A stretch of 64,000 bases of DNA from an uncultured Nitrospirota bacterium (GCA_964515925.1 CAZEYP010000003.1:21628-85627); one strand, 5' to 3'. Positions 19,618 through 27,513 are shown, numbered from the stretch's first letter. Numbers and translations: made by a program. Notes: a model not told the origin generated them from the letters alone.

Positions 19618-19872
19618 TTATTTCTTCTCCGCAAGCAGCTTGTTCACCATATCTACAGCGTGTCCTACAGTAGTAATGTTAGGTATCTCATCATCCCTTA
19701 CTGATACCTTGAATTTTTTTTCAATTGCAACTGCAATCTCAATTGCCTTGATTGAATCCACTTCAAGGTCTTCAAAGAAGTTTTTGTCTGCTGTAATTTC
19801 CTCTGGTTCAAAGCCTGTTACATCTGACACAATTGATATAATTTCCTGCTCTACATTGTTGCCCATGGCCAC
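19618..19872 (-). CDS. acyl carrier protein (dedicated, non-housekeeping type)
   Basis: 84 aa with the phosphopantetheine site LEVDSIKAIEI. Confidence 0.85.
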   Translation of the reverse strand: MAMGNNVEQEIISIVSDVTGFEPEEITADKNFFEDLEVDSIKAIEIAVAIEKKFKVSVRDDEIPNITTVGHAVDMVNKLLAEKK

Positions 19873-19876
19873 CTCC

Positions 19877-21088
19877 TTAAATTGTATATTTTTTTAGAAT
19901 CAAAGATGCGTTGTTACCACCAAAGGCATAGGAGTTGTTCATTGCAATATTTACATCCTGTTTTCTTGCAACATTGGGGACGCAGTCTATGTCACATTCA
20001 GGGTCAGGTGTTTCAAAATTTATTGTTGGTGGAATTTTACCGGTCTTAATTACAAGCGCACAGGCAGCAGCCTCTATTGCAGATGCAGCGCCCATTGTAT
20101 GACCAAGCATGGATTTTATTGAGCTCACTGGTATTTCTTTATACCTGCTTCCAAATACCTCTTTAATGGCTGCAACCTCTGCTCTGTCGTTGGCTACTGT
20201 GCCGGTTCCATGAGCACTGATATAATCAACATCATCTGGCGAGATTCCAGACTCCTTCAATGCCTTTTTCATGCATGACACTATCCCTTCCACTGAAGGG
20301 CTTGTCATATGTTTTGCATCGCAGCTCAGGCCGTACCCAAGTATTTCAGCATATATCTTAGCTTCTCTTTCGAGGGCATGCTCCAGAGATTCAAGTATCA
20401 AGACGCATGCACCCTCGGCAACCATCATTCCTTTACGGTTTTTATCAAAGGGCTGACATTTTTCAGGTGCCACTGCTTTGAACTGGTTAAAACCTGTGAA
20501 GGCAACCTTTGAGAATGGTTCTGCACCGCCAACGATTGCTATCTCAGCCCTTCCAAGTCTTATTAAATCAGCACCGTAGCCTATTGCATAGTTGCCAGCA
20601 GCACAGGCAGTGGAAAACATTATTGAGGGGCCGGTTATATGATTGAGTCGTGAAACAACAGAGGATGTTGAATGCGTAGGAACCTTGTAGATTATCTCTT
20701 TTTCGAAGTGTTTTACATTATGAAGAACAATCTGTTCGTTAATAAATTCTGATGCCTGAACAGAACCCATTGTGGTTCCAATACATACTGTAGTTTTTGT
20801 TAGATCTTCCTTTGATAATGCAATCTCAGAGTCTTTTATGGCAAGTCGGGCTGCCCCAATAGCAAGCAGAGAAGCCCTGCTGGAGTTATCTATAAACTCT
20901 GAAAGCCCCATCTCCTGTGGATTGAAGTTTTTAACCTGTCCGCCAAGATGGGTAAAGTGCTCTGAGGTGTCAAAGGCTGTTACCTTACTTATGCCTGAAA
21001 GACCATTTAATAGGTTTTTCCAGAATTCCTCTTTCCCTATACCAATTGATGTAACGAGACCTATGCCTGTTATTACAACTCTTTTCAT
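19877..21088 (-). CDS. beta-ketoacyl-ACP synthase (FabF-like KS, catalytically complete)
   Basis: The Cys-His-His triad is present: STACAAG, AHGTGT, GHTMGAAS. C-terminal NSYAFGGNNASL. Confidence 0.9.
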   Translation of the reverse strand: MKRVVITGIGLVTSIGIGKEEFWKNLLNGLSGISKVTAFDTSEHFTHLGGQVKNFNPQEMGLSEFIDNSSRASLLAIGAARLAIKDSEIALSKEDLTKTTVCIGTTMGSVQASEFINEQIVLHNVKHFEKEIIYKVPTHSTSSVVSRLNHITGPSIMFSTACAAGNYAIGYGADLIRLGRAEIAIVGGAEPFSKVAFTGFNQFKAVAPEKCQPFDKNRKGMMVAEGACVLILESLEHALEREAKIYAEILGYGLSCDAKHMTSPSVEGIVSCMKKALKESGISPDDVDYISAHGTGTVANDRAEVAAIKEVFGSRYKEIPVSSIKSMLGHTMGAASAIEAAACALVIKTGKIPPTINFETPDPECDIDCVPNVARKQDVNIAMNNSYAFGGNNASLILKKYTI

Positions 21089-21090
21089 AA

Positions 21091-22299
21091 TCAGATTTTC
21101 CCTATGATCAGGGCTGCGTTGTTTCCAAAGGGGTCTGAACCAATAACTAAAATATTGTTTAATTCCGGAGATTCTCTGATTGTTGTTATCAGGTTAATAT
21201 CACACTCAGGGTCTATTTCGATGTGATTAATTGTTGGTGGAATATAGTTTGTAGTCAGTGCGTTGACGGCTGAAGATAACAGAAATGCTCCCGAGGCTGA
21301 GCAGGGTTCGCCAAGTGTAGATTTAATTGCTGTGACTGGCGTGGTTTTTCCAAAGATCTCCTTGATGGCCTGAGCCTCCTGTTTATCTAGCTCCTTTGTG
21401 GAGTTTGCAGATGAGAATACAATGTCTATATTTTCAGGCCTCAGGTCAGCTGATAATAGTACCTGTTTTATAGCCTGCTTAAGCCCTGCTGATTGGTTGC
21501 TATCAGGTGAAAAGGTGTTGGCATAAGAGATTATGCGGGCAAGTATGGTGGCCTCTCTTTTTAAGGCATTTTCTTCTTTTTCAATTACAATAAGGCTGGC
21601 ACCTTCTGAAAGTACCAATCCATTCCTGTTTTTATCGAAAGGTGCCGAGCGAATGATTGTCCCATCAGTTCCAGAAAGCAGGCCACATTGATATAGCCCT
21701 GTAAATAACTCCTCGCACAACTCCTCCACACCTGCTACCAGAACTGTATCTGCCCTGTTAAGCCTGATGAAATCACAGGCATATATAAATGCATCAAAGG
21801 ATGCACAAATTCCTGTTGATACAGTAGTATTAAACCCTTTAATTTTAAACTTAATGGCAGCCTGGCTCGCTGGTGAGTTGATGACTGTATTGGGGAAAAA
21901 GGATGGATTTACATATTTAGGTCCCTCTGTAAGCCCTTCTCTATCAAATTGAAAAATACTATGTAAGCTTCCAAATGTGGTGCCAGCAACGAGTCCTATC
22001 TTCTGTGTATTATCCTCGTTAATTACAATATTAGCGTCTTCAAGAGCGAGTTGAGTAGCGGCTATAAGCAATCTTGTGCTTCTGTCAAGCGTCCTCAGAT
22101 GACGCTTTTCTATAAAGTCAAGCGGGTTGAAATCAGCTATCTCACAGGCCCTTTTCACATTGAAATCATTCGTATTGAATAATGTAATATCACGGATACA
22201 GTTTCTCCCTTCGCAAAGTCCCTTCCAGAACTCTTCATTTCCAATACCTAATGGAGAGACTATCCCTATGCCTGTGATAACCAGTTCGGTATTTTTCAT
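21091..22299 (-). CDS. KS-like partner protein lacking both catalytic His (chain-length-factor-like)
   Basis: Thiolase fold, 402 aa. The Cys position is retained (STGICAS), but AHGTGT is replaced by SSANST and GH by GEPCSAS. Confidence 0.75.
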   Translation of the reverse strand: MKNTELVITGIGIVSPLGIGNEEFWKGLCEGRNCIRDITLFNTNDFNVKRACEIADFNPLDFIEKRHLRTLDRSTRLLIAATQLALEDANIVINEDNTQKIGLVAGTTFGSLHSIFQFDREGLTEGPKYVNPSFFPNTVINSPASQAAIKFKIKGFNTTVSTGICASFDAFIYACDFIRLNRADTVLVAGVEELCEELFTGLYQCGLLSGTDGTIIRSAPFDKNRNGLVLSEGASLIVIEKEENALKREATILARIISYANTFSPDSNQSAGLKQAIKQVLLSADLRPENIDIVFSSANSTKELDKQEAQAIKEIFGKTTPVTAIKSTLGEPCSASGAFLLSSAVNALTTNYIPPTINHIEIDPECDINLITTIRESPELNNILVIGSDPFGNNAALIIGKI

Positions 22300-22308
22300 A
22301 AAAAAGAT

Positions 22309-23055
22309 TTAAATACTTAAACCACCATCAATTGTTAATACCTGTCCAGTGATGTAGGAGGCGTGAGAGCTTGCGAGGTAGACACATCCCTGTGCTACTT
22401 CATCGGTCGTCCCTAACCGTTTAAATGGAATCAATTCCAGTATCTTTTTTCTATAATTCTCATTCAGGCTGTTAACCATATCAGTTTCAATAAAGCCAGG
22501 TGCAATTGCATTTACCCTGACATTATAAGGTGCTACTTCACGAGCCAGTGCCCTGGTTAAACCTATTACACCAGACTTGGCCGAAGCATAGCTGACCTGT
22601 CCTGGCAGGGGTGATATACCGCTTACCGAGGATATGTTAATAATACAGCCCGATTTTTGTTTAAGAAAGGTGACAATGCAAGCCTTTGTAAAATTAAACA
22701 CACCGGTGAGGTCAACATCTATTACATCCTGCCAGTCCTCATGGGTCATCATGATTATGGACCTGTCTTTGTTAATGCCAGCGTTGTTGACCAGTATATG
22801 AAGCCCACCATATTCTTTTTTGACTTTCTCAACAAAATCTTTTACGCCTTCATAATCCCTCACATCCACTTGTTCATACATTACTCTTGAGCCCATTGCT
22901 TCAAGTTCCGAAGCTAATGCTTTGGCTTGTGTTGAGCTACTTGAGAAGGTGTAAGCACACAGAGCTCCTTCTTTTGCAAAGGCGTATACTATAGCCCTTC
23001 CTATACCCCTTGAACCACCAGTGATTATTGCTACTTTATCTTTTAATAGTCCCAC
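22309..23055 (-). CDS. 3-oxoacyl-ACP reductase (SDR, FabG-like)
   Basis: TGGSRGIGRAI, NNAG and S...YASAKSG motifs. GTG start. Confidence 0.9.
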   Translation of the reverse strand: MGLLKDKVAIITGGSRGIGRAIVYAFAKEGALCAYTFSSSSTQAKALASELEAMGSRVMYEQVDVRDYEGVKDFVEKVKKEYGGLHILVNNAGINKDRSIIMMTHEDWQDVIDVDLTGVFNFTKACIVTFLKQKSGCIINISSVSGISPLPGQVSYASAKSGVIGLTRALAREVAPYNVRVNAIAPGFIETDMVNSLNENYRKKILELIPFKRLGTTDEVAQGCVYLASSHASYITGQVLTIDGGLSI

Positions 23056-23058
23056 TTT

Positions 23059-24465
23059 TTATAATTTTGTAATGGTATAGAAGATTATAGCACCTGTTTC
23101 GTCTCTTTTATTGCTTACCGCCTCGTTGGGAATCTCTGACTCTTTCAGGATAGAAAGAAAGTCGTCTTCATTCCTCTGCAGGAATCCTGTCCAGTCCATA
23201 AACCAGTGGTAGGGTTGTGGCCTGTACTGACGAACATCCTTAAAGGCTGCAATCAACACACCCTTTTTATTCAGATGCCTGTAAAGGTTTCTCAGTATTT
23301 TTATAAGCATATCGGTTTGCAGGTAATCAAAGAGCCCGACACTGTAGATTATATCCTGTTTTGGGAAGTCTCTTTCAACTATTTCATAATCGAAAAGCCT
23401 TAACGCATTGTAGTAACGAAATTCTAAATTAGATATAACTTCAGGGTCATTGCTTAATCTGTTGTAAGCAAAGGAGAGGGCATCCTCATCGGTATCGAGA
23501 CAGGTTATCCTTGCCCCTGAGATTTTTATCTGGGGGATAAGGTCTAAGATTTCCCTGCAGGAACCGCAAGCAATATTCAGGACTTTTGGTTCTTTCCTCT
23601 GCTCAAGCTCTATTGTCAATAACTCTGTTAGTATCCTTAACCTGTTCCTTACTCCCTGTGCAAGGGTAGAGTTCAGGGCGTAATAATCCATGTAGTAACC
23701 AATCCCGGTGGACATAGGTGTGTTTCTGTATATGCCTTCCAGTGTCTTGAAGTCACCCTGGTATCCCTGCGGCCATGTCCTTGTCCTGTTGAAGGCATAG
23801 CTTTTGATAAATATGGGATTTGTCTTTTCGTGAAACCTTTTTCTGCATTCTTCTATTAGTGTTTTGTTGGAGATGCCTGTTTCAAAAAGTTCTGCTTTGT
23901 CTATAAATTCATTGAAGGTGTTTTTGAGTTTTAAGTAAATATCGTGGGGCGAAAATGTTTTTTTATCTATCAAATCCTCTATATATTTGCATTGTCTTAT
24001 AAACTCATCAGTAGCATTATCAATATATTTCAACCACTGTTTTGCTATCTCCTGTTCAAGCTCGTGGAATTCTTTTTCATATACATTAACGGGTAACCCA
24101 CAACTACTACATGTATTTGTATGATCCTTTCCATTGTTAGAACCGCAAAAGGGGCATTGTCCAGTTCTATCAATGTGTTCTTTGATATAATTCCAGAGAA
24201 TCTGCCTTGATGACTGGTCAATATTAAGAAATCTAACCGCTATACCACTTCTGTCTTTTCTAACAATTCTAACATCGCTCTGAAACTCTCCTGATTCAGG
24301 TATCACCGCCTTCAGTCTTATGACTTCCTTCTCAGAGAAAGGCAAAGAAGTCTTAAGAAGGGCACCCTTTAGACCTATGTTTTTTGTAGCTGTCTCTTTC
24401 AAGGTGTTGTTTGTGAGTATTGTTACTGGTATGGAGGCATTGCACCTCACATCTAATCTCCCCAT
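23059..24465 (-). CDS. PilZ domain - zinc ribbon - class I SAM-dependent methyltransferase fusion protein
   Basis: RLDVR (RxxxR) and NIGLKGALL PilZ-like motifs, a CPFCGS...CSSCG ribbon, and methyltransferase motif I VLNIACGSCREILDL. The start at 24465 (MGRLDV) has GGGAGGTG 5 nt upstream; the track start 24492 lies inside the promoter. Confidence 0.7.
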   Translation of the reverse strand: MGRLDVRCNASIPVTILTNNTLKETATKNIGLKGALLKTSLPFSEKEVIRLKAVIPESGEFQSDVRIVRKDRSGIAVRFLNIDQSSRQILWNYIKEHIDRTGQCPFCGSNNGKDHTNTCSSCGLPVNVYEKEFHELEQEIAKQWLKYIDNATDEFIRQCKYIEDLIDKKTFSPHDIYLKLKNTFNEFIDKAELFETGISNKTLIEECRKRFHEKTNPIFIKSYAFNRTRTWPQGYQGDFKTLEGIYRNTPMSTGIGYYMDYYALNSTLAQGVRNRLRILTELLTIELEQRKEPKVLNIACGSCREILDLIPQIKISGARITCLDTDEDALSFAYNRLSNDPEVISNLEFRYYNALRLFDYEIVERDFPKQDIIYSVGLFDYLQTDMLIKILRNLYRHLNKKGVLIAAFKDVRQYRPQPYHWFMDWTGFLQRNEDDFLSILKESEIPNEAVSNKRDETGAIIFYTITKL

Positions 24466-24493
24466 TCCCACACCTCCCAAAAAAATTTCCATT

Positions 24494-24522
24494 ATTATAT
24501 AAAATTTTTAATAAACTGTCTA
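24494..24522 (-). promoter_or_regulatory. sigma70-type promoter of the PilZ-MT/KS/ACP operon (TAGACA-N17-TATAAT)
   Basis: On the minus strand, TAGACA lies at 24522-24517 and TATAAT at 24499-24494. The predicted TSS is near 24487, giving a roughly 22-nt leader that contains the SD. Confidence 0.55.
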
Positions 24523-24632
24523 TTTTTGTCTTTGTCATGAGAAAATTACAAGTAATGAAAAATTTTAGGTTATAATAAAACATTGGTTTCCGTAAATTTT
24601 AACATAACCTGACATAGATATTCTATTTTTAT

Positions 24633-25406
24633 ATGAGAAGAAAACTTGGACAGCATTTTCTACTTGACCCTGTTATCCTCAGAAGAATAGTCGATGCTTC
24701 TGGTCTTACACCTGATGACCTGGTAGTTGAGATAGGCCCAGGCAAGGGAAGGCTTACAGAGATATTAACAGAGATAGCAAGGGAAGTAATAGCCATTGAA
24801 CTTGACGAGCATTTGTGTGAGATTCTTAAGGAGAGTGAGCTTAAAAGAAAGACTAACTTTTACCTGGAATGTACAGATGTGCTTAAATTCAATTTTGCAA
24901 AGTTACCACCCTTTAAGGTTGTAGCAAATATACCTTACTACATAACCACTCCCATTATATTTAAGCTGCTTGAAAGAGATGTTAAGCTTCTAACCGCTAC
25001 TTTAACCATACAGAAAGAGGTGGCTGAAAGAATAATTTCCTCACCAGGTGGAAAAAGCTACGGAGTACTATCGTTAATGGTACAGTATTATACAGAGCCA
25101 TCCATTCTCTTTTACATTCCACGAGGAGCTTTTGTACCACCACCAAAGGTTGATTCAGCGGTGCTACATCTGAAAAGAAGAAGATCGCCTCCGGTAACAG
25201 TGGAAGATGAAGGTCTCTTTTTCAGGATCATAAAAAAGGCTTTTTCACAAAGAAGGAAGACTATTGCCAATTCATTAAAGTCTGTCTCTGAAGACATAAA
25301 GACTGCACTTGACAGGGCAGGCATAGATTACCGCAGAAGACCTGAGACATTAAGCATGGAAGAGTTTGCAAGACTTTCAAGGTCTGTAAGGGATTTATCG
25401 GTTTGA
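24633..25406 (+). CDS. rsmA: 16S rRNA (adenine1518/1519-N6)-dimethyltransferase
   Basis: LGQHFL, VVEIGPGKGRLT and ANIPYYITTPI motifs. Confidence 0.9.
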   Translation: MRRKLGQHFLLDPVILRRIVDASGLTPDDLVVEIGPGKGRLTEILTEIAREVIAIELDEHLCEILKESELKRKTNFYLECTDVLKFNFAKLPPFKVVANIPYYITTPIIFKLLERDVKLLTATLTIQKEVAERIISSPGGKSYGVLSLMVQYYTEPSILFYIPRGAFVPPPKVDSAVLHLKRRRSPPVTVEDEGLFFRIIKKAFSQRRKTIANSLKSVSEDIKTALDRAGIDYRRRPETLSMEEFARLSRSVRDLSV

Positions 25407-25441
25407 CATGAGAAGTGCTAAATGCTATTATTTAATTAACG

Positions 25442-25861
25442 ATGGATAAGGACTTTGAGATTCTTGATATCTCTGGCGATGTGGGTATAAGAGTATTTGG
25501 TGAGAATCTTGAAAAGCTTTTTATAAATGCTGCCAGAGGGTTATACCATTTAATAACTGAAAACAGTAATATAAACTCCTCAAAGACTGTTGATGTCAAC
25601 GTTTATGCAGAAAACCTTGATGGTTTGCTTGTTGGCTGGCTGAATGAACTGATTTTCCAGTTTGATACATACGGGTTCCTGGGCAGGGAGATTGAGATAA
25701 AAAATCTTTCAGAAAACAGGATTGAGGCAACCATTTTTGGTGAGGACTTTGACCCTCAAAGACACGAAAAGGGCCTTCTTCTTAAGGCAGCGACCTACCA
25801 TAACCTTAAAATAGAAAAACAAAACGGTCTCTGGAGTGTAGAGGTTATTTTTGATATATAA
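25442..25861 (+). CDS. archease (RtcB activator/chaperone)
   Basis: 139 aa with N-terminal FEILDISGDVGIRVFG and C-terminal KAATYHNLKI. Located directly upstream of rtcB. Confidence 0.85.
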   Translation: MDKDFEILDISGDVGIRVFGENLEKLFINAARGLYHLITENSNINSSKTVDVNVYAENLDGLLVGWLNELIFQFDTYGFLGREIEIKNLSENRIEATIFGEDFDPQRHEKGLLLKAATYHNLKIEKQNGLWSVEVIFDI

Positions 25862-26047
25862 ATTGCGTTTATTGCGTTGATAGCGTTAATTGCGTTTATC
25901 GAGTTCATTGCGTTCTTTGCGTTAATAGCGTTAGTTGAGTGTAGGGATTCTGGTTTTACTACACCCTACACGCTACTCCCTACACCCTGTTTTTTTACAC
26001 CCTGAAGTGTTTAGAATTTAGAATTTAGAAATTAGGATTTGAAAATT
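25861..26047 (+). repeat. composite element: nonamer array (NNTTGCGTT x8-9) + TACACCC-type heptamers + TAGAATT-type heptamers
   Basis: 9-nt periodicity over 25861-25941; tacaccc tacacgc tactccc tacaccc over 25960-25987; tttagaa x3, attagga, tttgaaa over 26010-26044. Confidence 0.9.
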
Positions 26048-26061
26048 ATGGGGGGTGCATT

Positions 26062-27510
26062 ATGTCAGGGCAGGTTACCATAGAAAGGATTGATGAAACA
26101 AGACTCAAGGTGCCCATGGGTTATGTTCAGGGAATGAGGGTTGAAGGTATTGTGTATGTTGACAGAGTGCTCCAGCAGTATTTAGAGCCAGATGCCATCA
26201 AACAGGTTGCCAATGTTGCCACACTGCCAGGCATAGTTGGCCACTCTTTTGCAATGCCTGATGTTCACACAGGTTATGGTTTTTCTATTGGAGGGGTAGC
26301 TGCCTTTGATGTCAACGATGGGATAATTTCACCAGGTGGTGTTGGCTACGACATTAACTGAGGGGTAAGGCTCCTGAGGAGCAACCTCACACGTTCTGAG
26401 GTGCTCCCCAGGATAAGGGACCTCGTGGAGGTCCTGTTTAAAGAGATACCCTCTGGGGTTGGTTCAAAAGGAAGGCTGAAGCTCTCAAGAAAAGACCATG
26501 AGAGGCTCCTTCAAAAGGGTGCCCGCTGGGCAGTAGAGCAGGGTTATGGAACAGCAGATGACTTACAGTATATTGAATCTGGCGGTGCCATAGAAGGTGC
26601 TGAGCCTTCATTGATTAGCGAAAAGGCCTACGAACGGGGAAGAGCCCAACAGGGAACCCTTGGCTCTGGAAATCACTTTCTTGAGATACAGTATGTGGAA
26701 GAGGTTTACGACGAGAAGGCTGCCAGCATATTTGGTCTTTTCCCGGAGCAGATAACCCTGATGATTCACACTGGCTCAAGGGGATTTGGACATCAGGTAT
26801 GTACTGACTTTTTACAGATTATGGAAAGGGCTGTCAGGAAATACGGGATAAGTCTTCCTGATAGAGAACTTGCCTGCGCACCCTTTAACTGCCAGGAGGC
26901 ACAGGATTATTTTGCTGCAATGAAGGCAGCAGCGAATTACGCATGGGCAAACCGTCAGTGCATAATGCATTGGTGTAGAGTTGCCTTTATGAAGGTTTTG
27001 AGTGTTTCTGAGGGTGAACTTGGTATGCAGATTGTTTATGATGTTGCTCATAATATTGCAAAAGTGGAAGAGCATACTGTGGACGGTAAGAAAACTAAAC
27101 TTATAGTGCACCGTAAAGGTGCAACAAGGGCATTTTCTGCAGGACATCCCGAGATATCGGAAAAATACAGAGATATTGGTCAACCAGTGTTAATACCTGG
27201 AGATATGGGCAGGGCATCCTATGTTCTGGTAGGTACTGAAAAGGCAATGAAGGAGACCTTTGGCTCTACATGCCATGGTGCAGGAAGAGTGCTTTCAAGA
27301 CATCAGGCCATTAAAAGGGCAAAGGGTAGGGCTATCTGGAGAGAGATGGAGGATGCAGGTATACTGGTAAGAAGTGCTGGAAAGAAGACCCTTGCAGAGG
27401 AGATGTCGGAAGCTTACAAGGATATTTCAAATGTGGTAGATGTGGTAGAGAAGGCAGGCATATCAAAGAAGGTTGCAAGGTTGCGTCCTCTGGGGGTTGT
27501 AAAAGGTTAA
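26062..27510 (+). CDS. rtcB: RNA-splicing ligase RtcB with an in-frame TGA (codon 100) at the conserved active-site Cys: candidate selenoprotein
   Basis: Track ORFs 26062..26361 and 26401..27510 share one frame, with a single TGA at 26359-26361. The sequence GGVGYDIN[TGA]GVRLLRSNL matches the RtcB motif [10 protein letters not shown]. Downstream His motifs are intact ([23 protein letters not shown]). The RtcB call is confident; the Sec interpretation carries about 0.55. Confidence 0.8.
26378..26407 (+). promoter_or_regulatory. candidate SECIS-like hairpin downstream of the rtcB UGA
   Basis: GGAGC-A-ACCUCA [CACGUUC] UGAGGU-GCUCC forms 11 bp with one bulged A. The stem starts 17 nt after the UGA. 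The loop lacks the classical leading G, so the call is tentative. Confidence 0.4.
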
Positions 27511-27513
27511 TGT

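Noticed and set aside
18205-23055. The KS/ACP/KR genes as the housekeeping fatty-acid synthase operon.
   Set aside because: Gene order and content differ from fab operons: no fabH, fabD, fabZ or plsX. There is also a His-less KS partner, an atypical ACP, and CrtI-like and PilZ-methyltransferase genes. This is not fully excluded until the rest of the genome is checked for a canonical fab cluster.
25861-26047. Repeat arrays as CRISPR loci.
   Set aside because: The units are only 7-9 bp and directly abut one another, with no unique spacers. There are no cas genes in the window.
26359-26361. Genome-wide reassignment of TGA (for example to Trp or Gly) as the explanation for the in-frame TGA.
   Set aside because: TGA terminates several well-aligned genes in this window at their expected C-termini (argC at 11082-11084, the deacetylase at 12408-12410, ihfA at 46370-46372, the kinase at 28732-28734). 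No other gene shows internal TGAs.
26062-27510. Reading rtcB as a disrupted pseudogene, or as two genes (a 99-aa fragment plus a 369-aa ORF with a GTG start at 26401).
   Set aside because: There is a single stop and no frameshift. Both halves carry intact conserved motifs, and the stop falls exactly on the conserved Cys codon, followed by a stable hairpin. The GTG at 26401 is just an internal Val codon of the RtcB alignment. A sequencing error or a true nonsense mutation cannot be excluded without reads or Sec-machinery evidence.
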